The translations under genes were made by a program, and so were the position numbers. The notes under the pieces were generated by a model, which did not search any database, had not been told where the DNA came from, and saw nothing but the letters and a program-made list of their open reading frames with translations. From Minisyncoccota bacterium (GTDB lineage Bacteria; Patescibacteriota; Minisyncoccia; Phycocordibacterales; UBA2100), in NCBI GenBank assembly GCA_965267345.1, contig OZ253947.1:330814-394813 (forward strand): 64,000 nucleotides of DNA. The letters run 5' to 3'. Every line of letters begins with the position of its first letter. The stretch's first letter is position 1. Shown in pieces: positions 10,045 to 20,464 of the stretch.

Positions 10045-10272
10045 GTGAGTGAAGAGAAGAAGAGCAATACCAACGACAACGTACAGGGCGTTGTCACCGA
10101 GGCGCTGCCAAATGCGCTTTTTCGCGTTGAGCTCGACGACAGTGGCGAAGAGATCCTTTGTTATCTTGCGGGAAAGATGCGATTGCATCGCATCAAAGTG
10201 CTGATCGGTGACACGGTAACCGTGACAGTGGACCCGTACGGCGGCAAAGGGCGCATTGTACGACGCGGCTAA
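10045..10272 (+). CDS. infA: Translation initiation factor IF-1
   Basis: [12 protein letters not shown]...GKMR..I.VL.GD.V. Confidence 0.97.
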   Translation: MSEEKKSNTNDNVQGVVTEALPNALFRVELDDSGEEILCYLAGKMRLHRIKVLIGDTVTVTVDPYGGKGRIVRRG

Positions 10273-10291
10273 GGCTGCGCAGCATGTATCT

Positions 10292-10405
10292 ATGAAAGTT
10301 AAAAGTTCAGTAAAAGCTTTGTGTAAGGATTGCAAAACGGTGCGACGACAGGGCCGTGTCTTCATCGTGTGCCGTAATCCACGCCATAAGCAACGCCAAG
10401 GATAA
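10292..10405 (+). CDS. rpmJ: 50S ribosomal protein L36 (not in ORF track)
   Basis: [37 protein letters not shown]. Confidence 0.97.
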   Translation: MKVKSSVKALCKDCKTVRRQGRVFIVCRNPRHKQRQG

Positions 10406-10407
10406 CT

Positions 10408-10788
10408 ATGCGTATTGCAGGTATTACAATTCCCGAGTCGAAGCGACTCGAGATCGGACTCACCGCCATTTATGGCATTGGACGTGAACGAGCGAAAGAC
10501 ATCCTCGCGCAGGCGAAGGTTGATGCAGGTAAAAAGCCTGCTGACCTCACCAGCGAAGAGGAGAGTACGCTCAGTAAAGTGGTCAACGAATTTCGTATTG
10601 AAGGTGAGCTCCGCCGCGAAGTATCAGGTAATGTTAAGCGCCTGAAAGATATTCAGTGTTACCGTGGTAGCCGTCACTCACGACTCCTCCCTGCACGCGG
10701 CCAGCGCACCAAGACAAACTCACGCACCGTACGTGGTAACGTGCGCAAGACGATGACCAGTGGACGCCGTAAAGTTGAGAAGAAGTAG
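10408..10788 (+). CDS. rpsM: 30S ribosomal protein S13
   Basis: MRIAGITIP...IYGIG...RGQRTKTN. Confidence 0.98.
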   Translation: MRIAGITIPESKRLEIGLTAIYGIGRERAKDILAQAKVDAGKKPADLTSEEESTLSKVVNEFRIEGELRREVSGNVKRLKDIQCYRGSRHSRLLPARGQRTKTNSRTVRGNVRKTMTSGRRKVEKK

Positions 10789-10791
10789 CCT

Positions 10792-11226
10792 ATGGGTAAA
10801 AAACGCATTGTTAAAAAGAGTGGTGGTTCGGTTAATAAGGGACTTAAGTCGCGCGCATTGAACCGTGCACCAAAACGCAAGCTGCAAACAGGTGTCCTGT
10901 ACGTACACGCAACCTACAACAACACCAAGGTACTACTTGCCGACACCGAAGGAAACACGGTGATGTGGTCATCAAGCGGCAGCCTCGGTTTTGCGGGCGC
11001 AAAGAAGGGAACACCATTTGCCGCCGCAAAGGTAGGTGAGCTTATTGCAGAAAAGGCACAGATGATCGGCCTGCAGTCAGTACGCGCGGTTATCAAGGGT
11101 GTTGGTGCCGGACGTGAGTCTGCACTGCGCGCATTTGCCGCACGTGGCATCGAAGTAACCGGCATTGCAGACGTAACGCCGATTCCATTTAATGGTCCAC
11201 GACAGCGTCGTCCGCGACGTGTTTAA
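10792..11226 (+). CDS. rpsK: 30S ribosomal protein S11
   Basis: ATYNNT, KKGTPFAA, DVTPIPFNG. Confidence 0.98.
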   Translation: MGKKRIVKKSGGSVNKGLKSRALNRAPKRKLQTGVLYVHATYNNTKVLLADTEGNTVMWSSSGSLGFAGAKKGTPFAAAKVGELIAEKAQMIGLQSVRAVIKGVGAGRESALRAFAARGIEVTGIADVTPIPFNGPRQRRPRRV

Positions 11227-11246
11227 ACACAGAGCGTTATTTTTAT

Positions 11247-11849
11247 ATGTTGAGCAAACCAAAATATAAAGTGTGTAAGCGCCTCGGCAGCGGCGTCTAC
11301 GAGAAGTGTCAGACGCAGAAGTTTGCGCTCTCGGAAGCACGTGCCAAAAAAACCTTTAAGCGTCGTCGCAACGTCAGCGACTTCGGCCGCCAGCTTCTAG
11401 AGAAGCAGAAAGTGCGCTACGCCTACGGCATTACCGAGCGCCAGCTCCGTCGCTACGTTGATTTCGCCAACAAGGCAAAGGACCCTGCGGCAACACTCTT
11501 CCAGCAGCTTGAAATGCGTCTCGACAATGCGGTGTACCGTTTTGGCCTCGCGGCAACACGTCGCGCTGCACGTCAGCTCGTCAGCCATGGTCACATCACC
11601 GTGAACGGCCGCAAGATGAACATCCCGTCACACCACGTTGCCGTTGGAGATGTGATCGCCGTACGTGACGGCAGTAAAGACAAGCCGGTATTTGCCGAAG
11701 CGCCAACACAGGTGAGTGACCACACGGCACCCGCATGGCTCAAGAGCGAGCCAAAGAAACTTGCGGCAACCGTACAGGGCACGCCTGAATTTACCGTTGG
11801 CGACGGGCTCTTTGACCTGCCGGCCGTATTCGAATTTTACAGTCGATAA
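11247..11849 (+). CDS. rpsD: 30S ribosomal protein S4
   Basis: QLLEKQK, LEMRLDN, ARQLVSHGH, EFYSR. Confidence 0.98.
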   Translation: MLSKPKYKVCKRLGSGVYEKCQTQKFALSEARAKKTFKRRRNVSDFGRQLLEKQKVRYAYGITERQLRRYVDFANKAKDPAATLFQQLEMRLDNAVYRFGLAATRRAARQLVSHGHITVNGRKMNIPSHHVAVGDVIAVRDGSKDKPVFAEAPTQVSDHTAPAWLKSEPKKLAATVQGTPEFTVGDGLFDLPAVFEFYSR

Positions 11850-11892
11850 TATTACTAGCAGCACTGTTTATTAGTCGTTTTCACCATTACGT

Positions 11893-12879
11893 ATGTCAGA
11901 CTACCAAGTAACACTTCCGTCAAAGCCACGCGCGATTACCGAAAAGGAATTCGCGGGCACGTACGAGATTGACGGCCTCTATCCAGGATACGGACACACA
12001 CTCGGCAATTCGCTGCGTCGTATCATTTTGTCGTCACTCCCTGGTGCTGCGATTACGCAAGTCAGCATTGACGGCGTACCGCATGAATTCACAACGATTG
12101 ACGGAGTCGTGGAGGACACCATCGTGCTGCTCCTCAATATTAAAAAGGTGCGTATCAAAATGCTCACGGATGAGCCACAGACGCTGAAGCTCAACATCAA
12201 GGGCCCAGGTACCGTGACTGCAGCAGATATTGATGCACTCGGACAGGTTGAAATTTTGAATCCTGAACAGCACATCGCTGAGGTCACCGGCAAGGTGACA
12301 CTCGAAATCGAGATGCAGGCAGAGCGTGGCTTGGGCTACGTAGCAAAGGAAACGCTCCACAAAGACCGTGTTGAGATCGGTGCCATTGCACTTGACGCCG
12401 TATTTTCACCAATTAAGCGCGTCAACTACGAAGTTGAAAACATGCGTGTCGGCGACCGTACCGACTTTAACCGCCTGCGTATGTTCATCGAAACTGACGG
12501 CACCATGACGCCACGTGAAGCGCTGGAGAGCGCTATCGAGACGATGATTCACCAATTGAAGGCTGTGGTCGGCTTCCAAGAGGAGAGCGAGCACGGTGAC
12601 ACTGACACGACACCTGCAGCTGATACCGTTAGCGCACCTGAAGAGCGCGCGGTTGCGGCAACAAAGGAAGCAGACAAAGAAGTCTTCAAGACTCGCGTTG
12701 CTGAACTTGAGCTGTCAGCGCGTGTTGAGGCATCGCTCGACGAGGCGGGTATTCGCACCGTCGGTGGACTTGCCCGCAAGCGAGAAGAGGACATTCTTGG
12801 TATTGAGGGACTCGGACAGAAAGGCTTGCAGGAAATTAAGCGTGCACTGTCGAATCTTGGTATTACACTTCGCGTATAA
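11893..12879 (+). CDS. rpoA: RNA polymerase alpha subunit
   Basis: GYGHTLGNSLRRIILSSLPG, VENMRVGDRTDF. Confidence 0.98.
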   Translation: MSDYQVTLPSKPRAITEKEFAGTYEIDGLYPGYGHTLGNSLRRIILSSLPGAAITQVSIDGVPHEFTTIDGVVEDTIVLLLNIKKVRIKMLTDEPQTLKLNIKGPGTVTAADIDALGQVEILNPEQHIAEVTGKVTLEIEMQAERGLGYVAKETLHKDRVEIGAIALDAVFSPIKRVNYEVENMRVGDRTDFNRLRMFIETDGTMTPREALESAIETMIHQLKAVVGFQEESEHGDTDTTPAADTVSAPEERAVAATKEADKEVFKTRVAELELSARVEASLDEAGIRTVGGLARKREEDILGIEGLGQKGLQEIKRALSNLGITLRV

Positions 12880-12901
12880 TCTGTGGTAGGGTACTGTCGC
12901 T

Positions 12902-13258
12902 ATGAAGCATCACAAAGCACAACGAAAACTGGGACGCGTACGCAAAGTGCGCGTGTCGCTGCTGCGCAGCCTCGTGCGTTCGCTCGTGATGCATGGCCGT
13001 ATTGAAACCACAATCGCTAAGGCAAAAGAGCTTCGTCCGCAGATTGAAAAGCTCATCACGCTCGCAAAGAAAGACACCTTAGCATCGCGTCGCCTCCTTG
13101 CGGCACGTCTGGGCAATGATCGTGACGTCTCAGCAAAACTGCACGATGAGATCGCCCCACGTTTTAAGGATCGAGCGGGCGGCTACACACGTATTGTGAA
13201 GCTCGGCGCATTTGCTGACACCGCACGTGATAAAGTCATTATCGAATTTGTTGACTAG
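12902..13258 (+). CDS. rplQ: 50S ribosomal protein L17
   Basis: MKHHK..RKLGR, ETTIAKAKE, GGYTRI. Confidence 0.98.
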   Translation: MKHHKAQRKLGRVRKVRVSLLRSLVRSLVMHGRIETTIAKAKELRPQIEKLITLAKKDTLASRRLLAARLGNDRDVSAKLHDEIAPRFKDRAGGYTRIVKLGAFADTARDKVIIEFVD

Positions 13259-13259
13259 T

Positions 13260-13613
13260 ATGGGAACGGCTCGCACACATACCTTCGATGCTCATGGAAA
13301 GCGCCTCGGGCGCCTTGCGTCTGATATCGCACACATCCTGCTTGGTAAAGATGCACCTGACACGGCAAAGCACGTCGTTGCACCCGTGCGCGTCACTGTT
13401 GAGAATGTCGCACAGCTCGACATTCCTGAGGAAAAGCGCACCACAAAAGTGTACACACGATACTCAGGACACCCGGGCGGATTGAAAAAGGAAACGCTCG
13501 AAGACGTTATTGCCCGCAAAGGGGAGGCAGAGGCACTGCGACGCGCCGTGTATAACATGCTCCCTGCAAACCGCCTGCGTAAAGCACGCATGAAAAATTT
13601 GATCATTTCATAA
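13260..13613 (+). CDS. rplM: 50S ribosomal protein L13 (short form)
   Basis: DA.GK.LGRLAS, YSGHPGGLK, AVYNMLP. Confidence 0.95.
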   Translation: MGTARTHTFDAHGKRLGRLASDIAHILLGKDAPDTAKHVVAPVRVTVENVAQLDIPEEKRTTKVYTRYSGHPGGLKKETLEDVIARKGEAEALRRAVYNMLPANRLRKARMKNLIIS

Positions 13614-13615
13614 TT

Positions 13616-14017
13616 ATGGCCACCAAGGAACAGACATACATTGAAACAGTAGGGCGCCGCAAAACGGCAACGGCACGTGTGCGATTGCACCCTGCGCAAA
13701 AGAGCACCTACAGCATCAACGACCGTAAGCTTGATGAGTACTTTCCGACTGCCGATCTACAGCGCACGGTAAAAGCGGCACTCGATGCACTCTCAGGAAC
13801 ATCATTTAAGGTAACGGCAAAGGTTACCGGTGGCGGACTCCCCGCACAGGCTGAAGCAATTCGCCACGGTATTGCACGCGCACTCGTCAAAGACGACGAA
13901 ACACGCCGCAAGGAGCTCAAAGGACGCGGCTACCTCAAGCGCGACCCACGTACCAAAGAGCGCAAGAAATTCGGATTGCGTTCGGCACGCCGCGCACCAC
14001 AGTGGTCGAAGCGATAG
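13616..14017 (+). CDS. rpsI: 30S ribosomal protein S9
   Basis: GRRKTA.ARV, GGG..AQAEAIRHG, PQWSKR. Confidence 0.98.
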   Translation: MATKEQTYIETVGRRKTATARVRLHPAQKSTYSINDRKLDEYFPTADLQRTVKAALDALSGTSFKVTAKVTGGGLPAQAEAIRHGIARALVKDDETRRKELKGRGYLKRDPRTKERKKFGLRSARRAPQWSKR

Positions 14018-14095
14018 TCGCTTCAATACGTACGCAGTGCTCACCGGCGCTGCGTACTGCGTGATGCATAGTCACAACCGTAGTACACTGCACGT

Positions 14096-14629
14096 ATGAC
14101 TGATACGCACAACGAACACGACGACATTGATGAGATCGAATACGACGAGGACGCTGGGGCTGCGCAGCTGCAAAAACTGCGTGCAAAGCTCAAGGCGTGT
14201 GAGCAAGAGAAGCGCGATAACCTCGACGGGTGGAAGCGGACACAGGCTGACCTCGTCAACGCGCGCACCAAGCACGCGCAGGCACTCACTGACGCGCGCA
14301 CTCGTGCTACGGAAGACGTATTAGTCGATGTCATTACGGCACTTGATAGCTTTGATGTAGCGTTCCGCGGTGACGCGTGGGAGTCCGTCGATGCCAACTG
14401 GCGCACGGGCATTGAGTACATTTACACACAACTCCAGTCGGCACTTGAGCGGCACGGCGTTGCGGCCTATGGAGCGGAAGGGGAGCCATTCGACCCGCAA
14501 CTGCACGAAGCGGTCGGTCAACAACCTACCGATGACGATGCGACTGATACCATCGTACGTGTTGAACGTCGCGGCTACAAAAGTGCCTCACGCATTCTTC
14601 GCCCCGCACAAGTCGTCGTTAGTGCCTAA
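14096..14629 (+). CDS. grpE: Nucleotide exchange factor GrpE
   Basis: ADLVNAR, FDPQLHEAV, GY....ILRPAQVVV. Confidence 0.95.
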   Translation: MTDTHNEHDDIDEIEYDEDAGAAQLQKLRAKLKACEQEKRDNLDGWKRTQADLVNARTKHAQALTDARTRATEDVLVDVITALDSFDVAFRGDAWESVDANWRTGIEYIYTQLQSALERHGVAAYGAEGEPFDPQLHEAVGQQPTDDDATDTIVRVERRGYKSASRILRPAQVVVSA

Positions 14630-14696
14630 GTGCACAATACTTTTTTTGAGTGTCAATATTGTTGTGTGGAACACATTTTTTATAATGTGGCCACAC

Positions 14697-15029
14697 ATGA
14701 CGTTTCGGAAACATTACATTATCATTGGCAACCGACGTCACGGGTACACACTGCGTCCCGCGCGTGGTGTCACCATGCTCATTTGCGAAAGCGCCAATAT
14801 TAACGACCGCTTTCCGAATGATGAGATCCCGCGCATGCTCGCCGAATTGCCGCGTCTGATCGCTGAGCGGCACGCTGCGCAGCGCGACGCGGCACAGAGC
14901 GAAGTGCTGCGCTTCCGCGTCACCCCTGAGGAGAAGCAGCGCATTGAGCGCAATGCATTCGACGCAGGGTTTGATACGGTATCAGCATACTTGCGGCAGG
15001 TGGCGCTTGGTGACGAAGCAGATACATAA
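14697..15029 (+). CDS. Small protein with C-terminal ribbon-helix-helix (MobC/CopG-like) domain
   Basis: VLRFRVTPEEKQRIE..A..AGF.TVSAYLRQVAL; TATAAT at 14681. Confidence 0.7.
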   Translation: MTFRKHYIIIGNRRHGYTLRPARGVTMLICESANINDRFPNDEIPRMLAELPRLIAERHAAQRDAAQSEVLRFRVTPEEKQRIERNAFDAGFDTVSAYLRQVALGDEADT

Positions 15030-15066
15030 GTGATTACACAGCGTTATAAATCATAGCTATTCGTAT

Positions 15067-16968
15067 ATGGGAAAAATATTAGGTATTGACCTCGGTACAA
15101 CAAACTCAGCAATGGCCATCGTCGAAGGCGGTGAGCCAGAAATTATTGAAAATAACGAAGGAAATCGCACCACACCGTCGATTGTCGGTATTTCAAAAAA
15201 CAAGGAGCGCCTCGTTGGTGTCCTCGCAAAACGACAGGCGGTGACCAATCCGCAGAACACCATTTTTGGCGTCAAGCGTTTCGTCGGCCACAAGTTTGGC
15301 GACGCATCGGTACAGCGCGACAAAGACCTCGTGCCGTACGAACTCAAGGAAGGCACTGACAAAGGTGTCCTCATCCACCTCGGCGAGCAAGACTATCGCC
15401 CCGAGGAAATTTCCGCAATGATCCTCCAGAAAATGAAGCGCGACGCAGAGGAGCGCATCGGTGAAGAAATTACCGAAGCGGTAATCACCGTACCCGCCTA
15501 CTTTGACGACGCGCAGCGAAGCGCCACCAAGGCAGCCGGAAAAATTGCCGGTCTCGAGGTGAAGCGCATCATTAATGAGCCAACGGCTGCAGCACTGGCG
15601 TACGGCTTCAACAAGAAAAAGGACGAGCAGATTGTCGTATTTGACTTCGGTGGTGGTACTTTTGACGTATCGGTGCTCGAGGTTGGTGACGATGTGATTG
15701 AAGTGAAGGCAACCGACGGTGACTCACACATGGGTGGCCGTGACATTGATCAGAAAATTATCCAGTGGATTATTGCTGAATTCAAAAAAGAGTCCGGTAT
15801 TGATGTCAGCAAAGACCCGCTCGCACTGCAACGCTTGGATGAAGCAGCCGAGAAGGCAAAAATTGAGCTCTCAAATGCGAGCGAAACAGAAATCAACATC
15901 CCATTCATCACCTCGGATGACTCAGGACCAAAGCACCTCTTGCTCACCCTGACACGCGCAAAGCTGCAGGAACTGGCACAAGAGTACATTGATCGCGCAA
16001 TTGAAATCACTAAGCGTGCTGTTGACGCGAGCCCATTTGAGACAGGTGACATCGACGAAATTATTCTCGTTGGTGGACAGACGCGCATGCCGGCAATTGC
16101 AGAGGCGGTGAAGACACTCTTTGGTAAGGAGCCGAACAAAAGCATCAACCCCGACGAAGTGGTTGCACTCGGTGCCGCCATTCAGGGTGGCATCATGCAA
16201 GGCGACGTGAAGGACGTGCTGTTGCTCGACGTGATTCCGCTGTCACTGGGTATTGAAACCATGGGCGGCATTGCGACAAAACTTATTGAGCGCAACACTA
16301 CCATTCCGACCAGCAAGTCACAGGTATTCTCAACTGCAGCTGATAACCAGCCGTCAGTTGAGATTGTGGTCACGCAAGGGGAGCGCGAGATGGCTGCTGA
16401 CAACAAGACACTGGGCCGATTCGTACTCGACGGCATTGCGCCCGCGCCGCGTGGTGTACCGCAGATTGAGGTAAGCTTCGACATCGATGCCAACGGAATT
16501 CTCAACGTAAAAGCAGTCGACAAGGGCACCAATAAGGAACAGTCCATTCGTATTGAGGGAAGTGCCGGCCTGTCAGAAGAAGAGATCGAGAAGATGAAGG
16601 CTGATGCGGAACAGCACGCAGAAAGCGACAAAAAGAAACGTGAACTCATTGAGGCAAAGAATGCGGCCGAACAGCTTATCTACGCGGCTGAAAAGGCGGT
16701 GAAAGAGCACGGCGACAAGGTTGGCGAGGATGTCACCACGCAGATCACCGAGAAGGTGACCGCACTGAAAACAGCACGCGACGGTGACGACGTTGCGGCA
16801 ATAACCGCAGCATTTGAAGAGCTCAGCAGTGCCATGAGTAAAATCGGTGAGGCAATGCAGCAGCAAGCATCTGAAAGCGACGTGGCTGATGCGACACAGA
16901 ACACTGATACTACAGAAAACGACGACGCACGCGATGCTGAGTTTGACGAGAAAGACGAGAACAAGTAG
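15067..16968 (+). CDS. dnaK: Chaperone DnaK
   Basis: [23 protein letters not shown]. Confidence 0.99.
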   Translation: MGKILGIDLGTTNSAMAIVEGGEPEIIENNEGNRTTPSIVGISKNKERLVGVLAKRQAVTNPQNTIFGVKRFVGHKFGDASVQRDKDLVPYELKEGTDKGVLIHLGEQDYRPEEISAMILQKMKRDAEERIGEEITEAVITVPAYFDDAQRSATKAAGKIAGLEVKRIINEPTAAALAYGFNKKKDEQIVVFDFGGGTFDVSVLEVGDDVIEVKATDGDSHMGGRDIDQKIIQWIIAEFKKESGIDVSKDPLALQRLDEAAEKAKIELSNASETEINIPFITSDDSGPKHLLLTLTRAKLQELAQEYIDRAIEITKRAVDASPFETGDIDEIILVGGQTRMPAIAEAVKTLFGKEPNKSINPDEVVALGAAIQGGIMQGDVKDVLLLDVIPLSLGIETMGGIATKLIERNTTIPTSKSQVFSTAADNQPSVEIVVTQGEREMAADNKTLGRFVLDGIAPAPRGVPQIEVSFDIDANGILNVKAVDKGTNKEQSIRIEGSAGLSEEEIEKMKADAEQHAESDKKKRELIEAKNAAEQLIYAAEKAVKEHGDKVGEDVTTQITEKVTALKTARDGDDVAAITAAFEELSSAMSKIGEAMQQQASESDVADATQNTDTTENDDARDAEFDEKDENK

Positions 16969-16980
16969 TCTTGAGTGGTC

Positions 16981-18045
16981 ATGAAAGACTACTATGACAT
17001 CCTCGGCGTTGCGCGTGACGCGAGCGATACTGACATAAAAAAGGCCTTTCGCACACTTGCGCAAAAGTACCACCCTGACAAAAAAAGTGGCGACGAGGCA
17101 AAGTTCAAAGAAATTAGCGAGGCCTATGCGGTACTCGGTGATAAAAAGAAGCGCTCTGAGTATGATGCGTACGGCCGCACCTTTGCGGGCGGCGCACAGG
17201 GCGGTGGCTTTAACGGCTTTGATTTCTCACAGTTTCAGCAAGGCTTCGGGAACGGTGTGGAGTTTGACCTTGGTGACATCTTTAACGAGATGTTTAGCGG
17301 TGGTGGCGGGCGGCGCAACCAAAAGCGCGGCCGCGATATCTCAATTGATGTCGAGCTCGAATTTACCGACGCGGCATTCGGCGTCACCCGCACGGTACTC
17401 CTGACGAAAACGAGCACCTGCAGCACGTGTAAGGGCTCAGGCGCAGCAAAGGGGAGTGAACTCGTCACCTGTAGCACCTGTAACGGACGCGGTGCGGTGC
17501 ACGAGACGCGCCGCTCGCTTCTGGGGACCTTCACGAGCACGCGGCAGTGTCAGGAGTGCGCCGGAGTGGGGAAGATGCCCAAAAAGAAATGTAAAGACTG
17601 CGCCGGCACCGGTGTTCGCTCGCAACAGGAGGAAATTAAACTCGCCATTCCGGCGGGTATCGACAATGGAGAGATGATTCGCATGCCCGGCAAGGGTGAG
17701 GCGGTTCGCGGTGGCGTTGCGGGTGATCTGTACATCAAGGTCCACGTGAAGCCACATAAACACTTTACGCGCCACGGTAACGACATTCGCATGCCACTGC
17801 AGATTAAGCTCAGTGATGCCCTCCTTGGTGCAACGTACAGCGTGCCGACACTCGAAAAGGAGATCGAGCTCAAGATTCCTACTGGGATCACGCACGGCGA
17901 AATTCTGCGGGTAAAAGGGAAAGGTATTCCGACCCCACAGGGCGGCCGCGGCGACTTGCTCGTCACGATTACCATCGATCTACCCAAGCGTCTCAGTCGC
18001 AAGGCAAAAAAACTCGTCGAAGAGCTCAAAGAGGAAGGTATCTAA
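16981..18045 (+). CDS. dnaJ: Chaperone DnaJ
   Basis: J domain HPD, G/F region, four CxxCxGxG repeats. Confidence 0.98.
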   Translation: MKDYYDILGVARDASDTDIKKAFRTLAQKYHPDKKSGDEAKFKEISEAYAVLGDKKKRSEYDAYGRTFAGGAQGGGFNGFDFSQFQQGFGNGVEFDLGDIFNEMFSGGGGRRNQKRGRDISIDVELEFTDAAFGVTRTVLLTKTSTCSTCKGSGAAKGSELVTCSTCNGRGAVHETRRSLLGTFTSTRQCQECAGVGKMPKKKCKDCAGTGVRSQQEEIKLAIPAGIDNGEMIRMPGKGEAVRGGVAGDLYIKVHVKPHKHFTRHGNDIRMPLQIKLSDALLGATYSVPTLEKEIELKIPTGITHGEILRVKGKGIPTPQGGRGDLLVTITIDLPKRLSRKAKKLVEELKEEGI

Positions 18046-18096
18046 ACTGGACAAGTAGGGCTGTCCCTTGCCCACCAATGACGCTACAATTGCGGC

Positions 18097-18564
18097 ATGG
18101 ATTTTGTGCTGACCAATGCGAGCGACCTTGCTATTGTCGGCATGCTCTGTGCCGTCTTGATTCTCGTGGCCGTCACGCGCGGCGGCACGGGACTGCTGGT
18201 CCTTGGCGGCATTGCACTCGTCCTTGGCGGGTTTATCACGAGCATCTTTCCATACACCGACACACTTGCAACGACACTTGGTATACCGGCAGTCTGGGGC
18301 GGCATGTTGGTGCTCCTCCTTGCGACACTCGGTAGTGTCTTGCTCCTGCGCAACACCGTTGGATACGGATTGGGGAGCAGTAGCCCTCGCGCGATCATCG
18401 GCACCGCAGTTGCACTAACCGCACTGGTCATTGCATTTTCGTACCATATTGTGCCACTTGATGTCGTGTACAATTTCGGTGCGCCATTTGACGCAGTATT
18501 CGCACCTGCAGCGCACTTCTTTTGGATTGTGATCGCAGCGCTGGTACTCTTTTTTATACTCTAA
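18097..18564 (+). CDS. Hypothetical multi-TM membrane protein
   Basis: About 5 hydrophobic segments; TACAAT 6 nt upstream. Confidence 0.7.
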   Translation: MDFVLTNASDLAIVGMLCAVLILVAVTRGGTGLLVLGGIALVLGGFITSIFPYTDTLATTLGIPAVWGGMLVLLLATLGSVLLLRNTVGYGLGSSSPRAIIGTAVALTALVIAFSYHIVPLDVVYNFGAPFDAVFAPAAHFFWIVIAALVLFFIL

Positions 18565-18566
18565 GT

Positions 18567-19286
18567 ATGCGCGTACCACTTTTTATTCCAACACTGCTTC
18601 AGGCACTTGCATGGGGACCGACCAATCTACTCCTCCGATTTTTTTGCCACTTTACGGTCGTCGGGCGGACACATGCACTCGTTCCGAGCGGCACGCCATT
18701 GGTACTTGCGGCAAATCACCGCTCTGAGTTCGACCCGATCGCCGTTCGTGCAGCACTGCCGCTATTCTGGCGTCAGGCACCACTGCTGTACGTCACCGCA
18801 CCACTATCGAACTTCAAAAAGGAGAAAATGAATTGGCGCTTTCGTCTCTACAGCTCACGCTGGTTCTTTGCCGCGTGGGGTGCCTATCCCGCACTGACCA
18901 AAACAGGTGACTACGCGACGGCGCTGGCAACACACGAGGCATTTTTAACGCAGTGCCGTCGGTGCGTCCTTATTTTCCCCGAGGGAAAAATTGTGCGCGC
19001 GGGTGATGAGCCACGTATCCGCGGCGGCGTCGGCTACTTGGCGCTCCTTCCTGATACCATCACGGTGCCGGTGGCCATCAGCGGATTTGAAGGTATGAGC
19101 GTGAAAAGTTTTTTGCGTCGCTCCCACCACGTGCGCGTCGTATTCGGTGAATCGTACACTTCGCGTACACTGCGCGCACTCCGTCCCGCCACAGCCGAAG
19201 ACACCGTCTACCTTGCCGTGGCCCGTCAGTTGATGGGCGACATTACGCGCGTTAATAAGTCGCCCGCTACGCCGTCGGAGATGTAG
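18567..19286 (+). CDS. PlsC-like lysophospholipid acyltransferase
   Basis: NHRSEFD (HX4D), IFPEG, VPVAI.G. Confidence 0.88.
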   Translation: MRVPLFIPTLLQALAWGPTNLLLRFFCHFTVVGRTHALVPSGTPLVLAANHRSEFDPIAVRAALPLFWRQAPLLYVTAPLSNFKKEKMNWRFRLYSSRWFFAAWGAYPALTKTGDYATALATHEAFLTQCRRCVLIFPEGKIVRAGDEPRIRGGVGYLALLPDTITVPVAISGFEGMSVKSFLRRSHHVRVVFGESYTSRTLRALRPATAEDTVYLAVARQLMGDITRVNKSPATPSEM

Positions 19287-19298
19287 TACTATAGACAC

Positions 19299-20450
19299 AT
19301 GAAGCTCTTCTGGGGAATCCTTATGGACATTGTGGTGCTCTGGCGTCCACGGCTATTCACACCACGGGCGTATGGATACGCATTCCTCGTGCATCCGCGA
19401 AACCATCGCGACATCTTTCGCAAATTCCCGTTTTTGCGCTTCCTGCCGGCATGGGGCATGCGGCTATTCGAACGCTACTGGTTTCCGACAACGGTATCCC
19501 GTATTACGGGACTGACTGACACCGAGACCGGTGAGCCGGTGCGCGGGTTTGTCATCTCAATTCCAATGACCGCACAGAGTATGCTCGATGATCGCACACA
19601 CGCACTGGCACAAATTCGCCGCGCCACCCGACTGGCCCGTAACAAGGGTGCAAAAATAATCGGACTTGGTGCACTCACGGCATCGCTCTCGGCGGGCGGG
19701 CGGGCCCTGACCGACATAGACGGCATCGTTATCACCACCGGCCATGCCTATACGGGACACACGGTGAGCAACACACTGCTGCGCACGTACGAAGATATGG
19801 GCGTCGACCCGACACAGGTCACCGTGGCCATTGTCGGCGCGGCCGGTTCCATCGGGTCAACATCAGCACGCCTGCTTGCCCAATCGGGTGTGCCGCACAT
19901 TATTTTGATTGACCTGCAGCGAAAACTCGACACGGTCGTGCGTTTGCGCGATGAGCTGCAGCGGCAGTATCCACGCGGCACCTTTGCCGTGACAGACGAC
20001 CTGAGCAGCATTCGAAAGGCAACCGGAGTCATCACCGCTACTAATGCACCCGACGCACTCGTACGATCCGATCATGTCGCTGACGGTACGATCATTGTCG
20101 ATGATGCACAGCCAACTGACGTCGCCGAAGAGCTCTTTGACCGCCAGGCAGTGTTGGTGCTGGAAGCCGGCGCGGTGCGCACACCCGGTATCAGTGCGCA
20201 CTTCAAGATGGGGCTCGCACACCCCGAGGATAACTTTTGCTGCATGGCCGAGGTACTCATTCTCGCGGCACATCGCTGGAATACGAGTACTGTGGGCGAC
20301 GTGCAGATTGACACCGTGACGCACATCGCTGCACTTGGTGATGCACTCGGCTTCACACTGGCACCGCGCCAGAATGAGCGCGGTCTTATTACCGATGCAC
20401 ACTTTGCTGCAGTCGCCACGGCGGTCCGTGCGCGCATGCTACCCGCTTAG
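19299..20450 (+). CDS. Acyl-ACP reductase (AAR)-like NAD(P)-binding protein
   Basis: FLVHP, IIGLGALT, TTGH.YT, VAIVGAAGSIG, DDAQP, FCCMAE (cf. FACFAE catalytic Cys of cyanobacterial AAR). Confidence 0.75.
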   Translation: MKLFWGILMDIVVLWRPRLFTPRAYGYAFLVHPRNHRDIFRKFPFLRFLPAWGMRLFERYWFPTTVSRITGLTDTETGEPVRGFVISIPMTAQSMLDDRTHALAQIRRATRLARNKGAKIIGLGALTASLSAGGRALTDIDGIVITTGHAYTGHTVSNTLLRTYEDMGVDPTQVTVAIVGAAGSIGSTSARLLAQSGVPHIILIDLQRKLDTVVRLRDELQRQYPRGTFAVTDDLSSIRKATGVITATNAPDALVRSDHVADGTIIVDDAQPTDVAEELFDRQAVLVLEAGAVRTPGISAHFKMGLAHPEDNFCCMAEVLILAAHRWNTSTVGDVQIDTVTHIAALGDALGFTLAPRQNERGLITDAHFAAVATAVRARMLPA

Positions 20451-20464
20451 ATTTACGTACTCCG

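Noticed and set aside
14628-14656. CIRCE element between grpE and dnaK
   Set aside because: Only a right-half resemblance (GAGTGTCAA); the left half does not match
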